64,000 nucleotides of DNA from an uncultured archaeon (lineage in GTDB: Archaea > Asgardarchaeota > Lokiarchaeia > Sigyniarchaeales > SOKP01), in assembly GCA_964486045.1 (NCBI GenBank), contig CAZALK010000006.1:160001-224000 (forward strand), in the 5' to 3' direction. Position 1 is the first letter of the stretch, and every line of letters starts with the position of its first letter. This document shows, piece by piece, positions 57,501 to 64,000 of this stretch. The notes under the pieces are model-generated. The model did no database searches, was not told where the DNA came from, and worked only from the letters and a program-made list of their open reading frames with translations. A program made the position numbers and the translations under genes.

Positions 57501-59374
57501 TGGAGGAGGTTAATCTTTCTGAATACATCGGATATTTCGTTCAGTTCAAATTTCTAGCGTCTTTAGATGAAAACTTCGACACAGTAAATTATAAAGGATT
57601 CATATTAGATTATTTTGCTATTGAAAACAATACAAACCAGTACGCACCAGATATCAAATTCAATTTAGATCAGGATTTACCAATAACTCAAGAATCTCAA
57701 TTTTATCAATTTGAATTTTCTTGTGAGTATTATGATCTAGATAATAATTATCCACAGTTTACATACCTAGAGATAGGTGACACCAACTACACAATGTATA
57801 ATATTTATGGCGATTGGAATGCCAGTTCAGACAATTTGGGAGATTGGGGTATTTTCTTTAAATTATCTTTAATTCTTGAGCATGTATCAAACCTAACTTT
57901 TAGGTTTCATGTCTCTGACGGAAAATTTATTCATACATCTCAATGGTATAATGAAGAAAATACACTAATTCATTTTACTAACCCTGTTCCTCTAAGTTTC
58001 AATATCTTTAAAGATAATAAATACATTGGATATACTTTTTCTAATGAAAATTTAACAAATTATTACGTTACTGGAACACCGACACCAAAACAGTCTACAA
58101 CTTGGCTAAAGGGAGACAACACATGGCATCTTTTTGAACGATTAGGACAAAAACTCATTTATTGTGGAATTGGCCAAAGTTATGGAGGGATAGGTCAAGG
58201 TTATGGGTTAAACTGGGATGCCATGCTGATTACGAAGCCAATACATTTAAAAAGTGAATATAATGTCTTTCTTGAATTTGATTATGAAATTTCATTACAG
58301 AATGAATTTTTTCAACCAGAAGATCAACTTGATCGAGGTATAATTTCTATATCCAAAGATAATGGTAATTCTTGGATTGTATTAAAGGAATATACATATG
58401 AAACTGAGCCTATTTCTGGTAGAGAAAAGATAGATCTTTCTCAATATGTTGAAGAAGACATAATGATTAAGTTCACTTTACGGTCTAATAATATTGTATT
58501 GGGAATAGGATATGGGTGGTTGATAAATAATATATACATAGGTTATGAAAAAACGACAGATTTTATTTCTCCAGAGATTGAAATTTTTAATCCGAAAAAT
58601 GATACCACTATTAATTCTATTACGGTAATTAAGTGTAATATATCTGATAATGTTGAAATAGACGAATCTAGATTACATATTTTCTTGAATGGTAAAAGTG
58701 TTAACAGTGCAGATATATTATTTAATATGAGCACTGGTATTTTGGAGTTTAATTGGAACACGAATAGATACAATGATGGGATTTACGAAGTGAAAATTGC
58801 AGCCTATGATAAAACGGGAAATTTCGCCGAAAATATTGTAAGAATTCGAATAAATAATATGAAATGGTGGAGTATTTGGGGTCCTTATCTTGTTTTAATT
58901 ATCTCCGCTGTAACTATTGGAATTTTTATCTATATTTACTTGGAAAAAAAAGGAAAAATAAAGATTGAAAGAATTAGAGAAAGCCGTGCTGTAAAAATTA
59001 GGTTGAAAGATATTGATAGAGATCAGGTAATTAAGAAGATTGAGCTTGTTGAGTTAGAAGAAGAATTAAAACGACCTTTAACACTATATTGTAAATATTG
59101 TAAGTCTTGGTTTTCATCAGAAGAATTTGATATTGTATGCCCAATTTGTGAGCGTGATCAAATATTTCCGACTTATATATGTCAAAACTGTGAAAAAATC
59201 TATTTTAAAGATGAACCTGCTGAAAATTATTATTGCAAAAATAAAAATTGCGAAGGTGTTAGATTAATAAGAAGAAAAAAAGAGGTTATTCAAGATTTTT
59301 TAGCTAAAAAAGGCTTAGTTTTAAGAAAATTTAAAAAAAAAAGGAAGAAATTTAGTATTTTAGATAATGAGTAG
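54551..59374 (+). CDS. Membrane-anchored S8 subtilisin-like peptidase with jelly-roll/Ig domains and cytoplasmic Zn ribbons; probable ATA start
   Basis: Triad motifs ILDTG, NGHGT and GTSIS; oxyanion AAGN; KPDIVAPG. The frame is open upstream of the track start (TTG 54788) back to TGA 54530-54532 and encodes a signal peptide (LKKKFKIFFILFVILLIQFW) plus the start of the prodomain. Confidence 0.88.
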   Translation: MTLKKKFKIFFILFVILLIQFWYNSSYFDSYGSAVYDANQDIIEEKIVSSKIFQENVIVFFNESSYNSSVILRFQYYGGLVTKEWNDVFSSFSGFTGIMASDQNITLYQNDFPDSQIENNELLRIQMNYASIQTGAFNSSWLLNGYKGDTNSSVAILDTGINPNHDYFPNGYNSSDLSGNIVGWENFVDSEPIDDENGHGTFISSIISGTGKSSNVTTTVKIHGNYTHSDLFEEYTPSKNFSFKIASLNASNPASFISINSTSNWKSNEIDAFWVELFYDNSLVAYTHNENPNDHYSINHPLSQETLGIYDIYIKYHKTFQSNPLFSYNSTITYFPESYSGDSKDFTGIANATKLVAYKILNQSGIGYSSDLISALGNVINNRSNYHIVSTCLSIGTLGEDVEAVNKAINEVIENGVLVVIAAGNNGIETLESLNKLARNKNAIVVGAINDNDQVTSYSSIGNNFGNIIKPDIVAPGGSKVDQHRTIISADKESNSLTSYYGTSISTAIVSAVINLLIEARWNNWSQWNSLNLTNWVRYIKAILLMTASETNLEREDDPSTIEDESEYSPNVSISPLTSGLKDIHEGYGRLNIQGAIDALTKAMGVNTSISDNLISSQDNPLATHVFARKIKLLEDNQYLFNLSITDVNADFDVFLFSNVSNQYGEPILLEASRKFYSDLDYFYFIPKENQTDCIVVIKAIEGSSSFTLNVSTVENKFEPLLSVPEISYIGNSRNVTVMGFQEFLGNSPLKNYSIDSFRFYIDYFDNDSSSVPPQEVYVSIMEISINFTLTQFFPPDDNYADGALFISDYIQFSEAGTFQYYFVASDGKFSIRFPEVGSLNITIEFPTESVQFPSQYSFNNGIGNWTKIGTGWDTLHQLNNIDNRSRVYQNSWESLYFGTNHIFPPNYTYQPIKITEDPYPNGSLTSPLYNLTQINKNMTKPYARFGLRVSVNFGDFVYLQINLNWTGWQTIKTYTNEERDWYMEEVNLSEYIGYFVQFKFLASLDENFDTVNYKGFILDYFAIENNTNQYAPDIKFNLDQDLPITQESQFYQFEFSCEYYDLDNNYPQFTYLEIGDTNYTMYNIYGDWNASSDNLGDWGIFFKLSLILEHVSNLTFRFHVSDGKFIHTSQWYNEENTLIHFTNPVPLSFNIFKDNKYIGYTFSNENLTNYYVTGTPTPKQSTTWLKGDNTWHLFERLGQKLIYCGIGQSYGGIGQGYGLNWDAMLITKPIHLKSEYNVFLEFDYEISLQNEFFQPEDQLDRGIISISKDNGNSWIVLKEYTYETEPISGREKIDLSQYVEEDIMIKFTLRSNNIVLGIGYGWLINNIYIGYEKTTDFISPEIEIFNPKNDTTINSITVIKCNISDNVEIDESRLHIFLNGKSVNSADILFNMSTGILEFNWNTNRYNDGIYEVKIAAYDKTGNFAENIVRIRINNMKWWSIWGPYLVLIISAVTIGIFIYIYLEKKGKIKIERIRESRAVKIRLKDIDRDQVIKKIELVELEEELKRPLTLYCKYCKSWFSSEEFDIVCPICERDQIFPTYICQNCEKIYFKDEPAENYYCKNKNCEGVRLIRRKKEVIQDFLAKKGLVLRKFKKKRKKFSILDNE

Positions 59375-59464
59375 AAAAAAGCAGATAACAAAGAAAATAG
59401 AACTTGCGGTGGTATTAAGATAGACATAAAAACCAATATATACAGACTTAAAAAACGCATAAAT

Positions 59465-62392
59465 TTGCAATTTCTCAAGCATTCTTTGCTTGATCTAAAA
59501 CGTGACAAAGCTAAAGTCATATTTGGTGTCTCTGGAATTGCCATTTCATTATTTTTGCTAACTTCTATTGGAATGTTAAATGACACAGTCAATTATAATT
59601 ATATGTTATATGTTACTTCTACAACTGGAAAGATGGATATCATGATTAGTAAGTCCATTCAAACAGATTTAACATTTAATCCCTTTTATGATCAAGATAT
59701 TTTGGATAATGAGTTGAAGGATATTGAAGGTGTAGAAGAATTATTCCCACGAATTTTAATGCTAGTGAAAACAACATCAGAAAAAATGAATACGAGTGGT
59801 TCACTTCAACTGTATGGTATTGAATTTCAAAAAGAAGCGGATAATGGAAACTTAGGGGATCTCATAGTTTTGGATGAAGAAGGTGAAGAAACTAATGAAA
59901 TTTATAATGGTGAACCTCAAAATGGTGAATGTGTAATCCTTGGGAGTGTTGCAGAGATATTAAATGTTTCAAAAGGAGATACAATTAGTTTAGAATATCA
60001 AAATTATAATCTGGACTTAATAGTTGTTGAAATCTGCAGTCAAGATCAGAAATTTATGCAGTTTGAAACTGCTTTAATTCTGGTTAATTTAAATCAAGCA
60101 CAAATTTTTTTACAAAGAGAAGGTAAAATCAATCTTATCGTTGGAACAATAACTAACCCTAAAATTATTTACGATGCAAGTAATTTAAGAGCTACAACAC
60201 GCGCTTTACGAAGAATTAGTACTAAAATCCAGAATAGGCTGAACATCAATGAGTTTAGTATAACATTACCAAAGTTAGAAGAACTCGAGGGAGGAGAATT
60301 TTTATTATTGAGCATAACTATTATGTTTTGGTTTATAACTATCCTTTCAATGTTAATAACAGCGATTTTAATAAATAGTATCCTTTCGACTTCAGTGGAG
60401 GAACGAGTTCGTGAATTTGGTATTATAAGAGTAGTTGGAGGAAAAAAAATATATCCTGTTAAAATGGTATTATTCGAGGGATTAATGTTGGGTGTAATAG
60501 GATCAGTTATCGGAATGATATTTGGGGGAATTTTTATGATACCAATTGCTCGAAGTTTATTTCACCTATACAATTTCCAATTTGGTATTTCTGATGTAGA
60601 ATGGATTATCAAGCCCCAAACGATAATTTTAACTTTTACTCTTGGAGCAGTTGTTTCTTTGGTAGTAGCTTTGCTCCCAGCTCTTAAAACTGCAAAGAAG
60701 GAATTAATCAAATCCATCACACCTTTCCAATCTAAAGAGGAAGCATGGGAAATTAAAAAAGAAGGAAGTATGAATGTAAAAAGTTTTCTTGTAGGAATAG
60801 CTATTGCAACGATTGGAATAATTGTATTTGTTTTACTTCCCAATATTGTGGTAACAGGAGATTTCATGTTAATTTCATCATTATTCATTGGTTTACTTGC
60901 TGCTGTATTGATCGGTTTAGTTTTTGCTTCAATTGGGATTGTGCCACTGATCCAAAAGTTTTTTTTAGGAATAATTTCTCCTGCAATCAGAAAATATAAA
61001 AATATCATTGGGATCTCATTAAAAAGATACAGAAGGCGTAATACAAGTACAGTTCTAATGTTTGCGATTAGTTTTTCATTTATTTTCTTTATTACAAGTA
61101 CATCTGAAATACAATCAGAAACAATGGCATTAAATATTAACTTTCAATACGGTTCAGATCTAGTTTTGATAAACCAGGCGTTAGACAATGAAGTCGATGC
61201 TCTAACAATGGAAATGATTGAAGAAATAAAAAATCTACCAGGAATAGAAAAAATTTCTACTTCACTCCACAATACATTTGACTTTCAAGCTACTTTAGCA
61301 GCAGCATTCGAAGTTAATGAAGGGCAGGTAGGTTTTGGGGGAGGGGAATCGGAAGAATTGTTGATAAATTTGTTTCAATTCTATGCTTCTCAAGAAAAGA
61401 CGAAATTTAAAACAACTGCAGGTGATCTATTGGATTTTGATGTTGTAGATGCTGGTTTTATCGGGATTGATGAAGATTTTATAAATATTGTCAATCGTGA
61501 TTTTATAATTTGGAGCAGTGAAGGAAGTAGCACGAGTTATTCTTTTAATGAATTATTTATGTATAATAATACATGCATACTTGCGAAATCTATTGCTAAT
61601 ATACTCGGGATTCATGATGTAGGGCAATATATTAGATTAACATTTTATGATCCCCTAATTGAAAATGATCCCGGTATTGTAACGATATTAAGAGTTGTAG
61701 GAATTTCAGGAGGTATACCAGGATTTTTCAATTTTCGAAGCAATGAGCTTTCTGCTTATGGGGGAGGAGTAATGGTATCATTAGATAATTATATACGCCT
61801 AATGAGGGTCAAAAATCCTGAGGGACCTAATATGATTGTAGATAAGGCTTTTGTAAATTTGATTGATAATTCGGAAGAAAATGTAGATGAAACTAAAAGT
61901 AATCTCCGACTAATGTACCAAGACAAAGATATCGTTGTTGATGATGCAATAACAAAAATAAATTTCATTAGGCAGATGTCTGATAGACAAAGTTTTTTGA
62001 TGGAACTCATATTGTCTTTTACAATTATGATTAGTATATTTGGATTAGTGAGTAGTATGTATGCAATCATGTTAGAAAGAAAATTTGAAATAGGGATATT
62101 ACGCTCAATGGGTATGAAAACCCGAAATGTACGTAATATGTTTTTAATTGAGAGTATGATCATTTTGCTTTCCTCGGGAATAATGGGTGTTATCATAGGG
62201 ACCTTTACATCGTACTTTCTTGAAATTAACATGAGTATTATTACTGAAATGCCCAGCATTTTCAGAATTCCCACCGAGACCTTAATTAGAGTTTTTTCGA
62301 TTTCGGTATCAATCGGATTTATTGGTACTTACGTGATTCTAATAAAATTGAGTCGACAAACAATTATGGAAACATTTCGGGAGACTTTTTGA
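59465..62392 (+). CDS. Double FtsX/MacB-type ABC permease (paralogue 2); start may be ATA 59420
   Basis: EERVREFGIIRVVG and ERKFEIGILRSMG coupling motifs; shares RY.RRN.STV..FA.SFSF..F and YGSDLV with paralogue 1. Confidence 0.93.
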   Translation: MQFLKHSLLDLKRDKAKVIFGVSGIAISLFLLTSIGMLNDTVNYNYMLYVTSTTGKMDIMISKSIQTDLTFNPFYDQDILDNELKDIEGVEELFPRILMLVKTTSEKMNTSGSLQLYGIEFQKEADNGNLGDLIVLDEEGEETNEIYNGEPQNGECVILGSVAEILNVSKGDTISLEYQNYNLDLIVVEICSQDQKFMQFETALILVNLNQAQIFLQREGKINLIVGTITNPKIIYDASNLRATTRALRRISTKIQNRLNINEFSITLPKLEELEGGEFLLLSITIMFWFITILSMLITAILINSILSTSVEERVREFGIIRVVGGKKIYPVKMVLFEGLMLGVIGSVIGMIFGGIFMIPIARSLFHLYNFQFGISDVEWIIKPQTIILTFTLGAVVSLVVALLPALKTAKKELIKSITPFQSKEEAWEIKKEGSMNVKSFLVGIAIATIGIIVFVLLPNIVVTGDFMLISSLFIGLLAAVLIGLVFASIGIVPLIQKFFLGIISPAIRKYKNIIGISLKRYRRRNTSTVLMFAISFSFIFFITSTSEIQSETMALNINFQYGSDLVLINQALDNEVDALTMEMIEEIKNLPGIEKISTSLHNTFDFQATLAAAFEVNEGQVGFGGGESEELLINLFQFYASQEKTKFKTTAGDLLDFDVVDAGFIGIDEDFINIVNRDFIIWSSEGSSTSYSFNELFMYNNTCILAKSIANILGIHDVGQYIRLTFYDPLIENDPGIVTILRVVGISGGIPGFFNFRSNELSAYGGGVMVSLDNYIRLMRVKNPEGPNMIVDKAFVNLIDNSEENVDETKSNLRLMYQDKDIVVDDAITKINFIRQMSDRQSFLMELILSFTIMISIFGLVSSMYAIMLERKFEIGILRSMGMKTRNVRNMFLIESMIILLSSGIMGVIIGTFTSYFLEINMSIITEMPSIFRIPTETLIRVFSISVSIGFIGTYVILIKLSRQTIMETFRETF

Positions 62393-62396
62393 ATTA

Positions 62397-62990
62397 TTAC
62401 AATTTATTTTTATTTTTCAGGAAGGAAATCAATTTTCTCATAGCTTGACCTCTATGAGAGATTTGGTTTTTCTGATGTGTAGTTATTTCAGCAAATGTCT
62501 TATCTATGATTGAATCAGGAATAAAGATAGGATCAAAACCAAACCCACCCTTACCTCTATTTGTTTCTGAAACTCTTCCTGTAATTGAGCCCTCAAAAAA
62601 TAAAACTTTATCAATAGGTTTAAAGTAAAGAGCCACAATTGCAGAGAAATGGGCTTTTGATTTTTTAAAATTGTCGATTAATTTAAGGATCCCTGCATTA
62701 CCGATAGTTTTTAAGACATAAGAAGAATATACTCCAGGAAAACCACCAAGTGGATTATCTACGAAAAAACCTGCATCTTCAACAAAGAATGAAGTGTTAA
62801 TCTTATGTTTTACACTATTTAATTTAAAAGAAGCAACATCTCTTAGAGTATTTGCTTGGATTTCGATAGGTTTAATATCTTTTTGTCTTAGTTTATAACT
62901 CAATTTTTCTTTTGAAAATATTTCTAATCCTTCATTAAACTTATGTGTATTTCCAGTAACAAAAAAAATTGTATTTTCTTCTTCAGTCAT
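62397..62990 (-). CDS. rdgB: Non-canonical purine NTP pyrophosphatase (RdgB/Ham1)
   Basis: TGN.HK..E, EIQ, EDAG, GFPGVYS, GFGFDPIF, TFAE and K...SHRG.A. Confidence 0.95.
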   Translation of the reverse strand: MTEEENTIFFVTGNTHKFNEGLEIFSKEKLSYKLRQKDIKPIEIQANTLRDVASFKLNSVKHKINTSFFVEDAGFFVDNPLGGFPGVYSSYVLKTIGNAGILKLIDNFKKSKAHFSAIVALYFKPIDKVLFFEGSITGRVSETNRGKGGFGFDPIFIPDSIIDKTFAEITTHQKNQISHRGQAMRKLISFLKNKNKL

Positions 62991-63081
62991 AAATACCATA
63001 ATAGCATACTACTTTTAGTTATTGTTTAATTTACTTTATGGTTTCTGAAGGCCATAGCTAATAATTTTCCATATCTTTAAC

Positions 63082-63096
63082 AAAAACTTTATTTTG
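63082..63096 (+). promoter_or_regulatory. Possible BRE-TATA-like element of the rps15 operon
   Basis: AAAAACTTTATTTTG about 70 nt upstream of rps15. Confidence 0.35.
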
Positions 63097-63165
63097 TATA
63101 TTTCTTTACCAATGGTATACTAATATTTTACAAATCATTAAAGCATTATAACAGATGATCGATTA

Positions 63166-63624
63166 ATGGCTCGTATGCACTCTCGTAAGAAGGGAAAGGC
63201 AGCCAGTACACGTCCTGCACGTCTAGAAAAACCGGTATGGGTTGAATTGTCACCTGACGAAGTTGAGAATGAAGTAGTCAAGTTAGCAAGGAGAGGACGT
63301 TCAAAATCAATGATTGGTACAATAATGAGAGATTCTCAAGGAGTACCATTAGTTAAAATTGTAGCTGGTAAAAAAATTAGTCATATTCTTGAACAACATG
63401 ATATCAAGGCACCACTTCCAGAAGATCTTGGCAATTTAGTGAGAAAAGCTTTAAATACTAGGAAGCATCTTGAATCTAATCATAAAGATTTAGAAGCAAA
63501 AAAAGGGTTGAATCGAACTGAATCTAAAATTTACCGCCTTATAAAATATTACAAAAAGAAAAAAGTATTAGTTCCTGATTTCAAATATGATCCACAGCAG
63601 ATTAGAACATTGGTAGCGAGATAA
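63166..63624 (+). CDS. rps15: 30S ribosomal protein uS15 (archaeal S15/S13e)
   Basis: MARMHSRKKG, S.IG..MRD..G.P, PEDL..L..KA and ESKI.RL.KYYK. Confidence 0.98.
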   Translation: MARMHSRKKGKAASTRPARLEKPVWVELSPDEVENEVVKLARRGRSKSMIGTIMRDSQGVPLVKIVAGKKISHILEQHDIKAPLPEDLGNLVRKALNTRKHLESNHKDLEAKKGLNRTESKIYRLIKYYKKKKVLVPDFKYDPQQIRTLVAR

Positions 63625-63637
63625 GGGGGAAGAAAAA

Positions 63638-64000
63638 ATGAGCTCGAGAGAAAAAAAAAAAAAATTAAAAGGAAAAAAAGTTTCTTTTAAAGATAAACAA
63701 TGGTACGAGGTAGTTACCCCTAAAACATTTGATTTCAAACCAATAGGGGAGATATCAGGGTTAGAAAATAATCTTGTTGGAAGAACTCTTGAGACATTGT
63801 TATTTGATTTCACGAATAAGTATTCTGACATTAGCTTGAAATTAAAATTTCGAGTCAAAGATCATAATAAAGAAGCAAAAAAATGTAATACTATTTTTGT
63901 TGGTCATCAATACACAAATGATTTTATAAGATCTTTAATTGGGAGAGGAAGTTCAAAGATACAAATAATTTTAAACCTAACTACAAAGGATGAGTATGTT
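63638..64000 (+). CDS. rps3ae: 30S ribosomal protein eS1 (S3Ae), 3'-truncated by the window edge (not in the ORF track)
   Basis: Hand translation MSSREKKKKLKGKKVSFKDKQWYEVVTPKTF...LVGRTLETLLFDFT...KLKFRV...T.FVGH..TNDFIRSLI.RGSSKI matches the eS1 pattern. Confidence 0.93.
   Translation, partial: MSSREKKKKLKGKKVSFKDKQWYEVVTPKTFDFKPIGEISGLENNLVGRTLETLLFDFTNKYSDISLKLKFRVKDHNKEAKKCNTIFVGHQYTNDFIRSLIGRGSSKIQIILNLTTKDEYV

Noticed and set aside
59372-59464. Subtilase and permease 2 are in the same frame, separated only by one TAG, suggesting amber read-through or a pyrrolysine fusion
   Set aside because: Same-frame adjacency is common by chance, the spacer carries its own SD-like element, other genes of the operon also end in TAG, and no pyl genes are in the window.
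1-64000. CRISPR arrays, tRNA/rRNA genes, IS elements or prophage
   Set aside because: No regularly spaced repeats, GC-rich structured RNA blocks, transposase/integrase motifs or terminal inverted repeats were seen by eye.

Overview
AT-rich archaeal chromosome segment. The archaeal uS15 and eS1 genes at the right end, the low GC content and the protein families point to an Asgard archaeon, probably Lokiarchaeia/Promethearchaeota; this assignment is an inference. Left part (4.6-27 kb): a large anaerobic aromatic-catabolism region. It holds a complete Azoarcus/Ferroglobus-type class I benzoyl-CoA reductase operon (bzdNOPQ-M-V) and oah-dch-had. A divergent block encodes an acyl-CoA ligase, an atypical thiolase, a 2-hydroxyacyl-CoA dehydratase-like subunit with a separate activase, a MaoC hydratase, a tungsten AOR with a small ferredoxin, a MoaD/SAMP protein, a PanE-like reductase and two Cys-containing microproteins, one of which the ORF track missed. 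Middle part (27-46 kb): mixed genes including a stop-interrupted DUF2061-like gene, a 76-aa ubiquitin-like protein without GG, purU, a UbiA protein, a MoxR-VWA pair, AmrS, a one-ribbon TFS paralogue and an RNase III. Right part (46-62 kb): a 16-kb five-gene operon with a MacB/LolD-type ATPase, two paralogous double-FtsX permeases, a large Ig-like membrane protein and a membrane-anchored subtilase with a cytoplasmic Zn-ribbon tail and an apparent non-canonical (ATA) start. This operon is the best candidate for an undescribed system. I saw no rRNA, tRNA, CRISPR array or transposase. All family calls come from motif recognition by eye; no searches were run.
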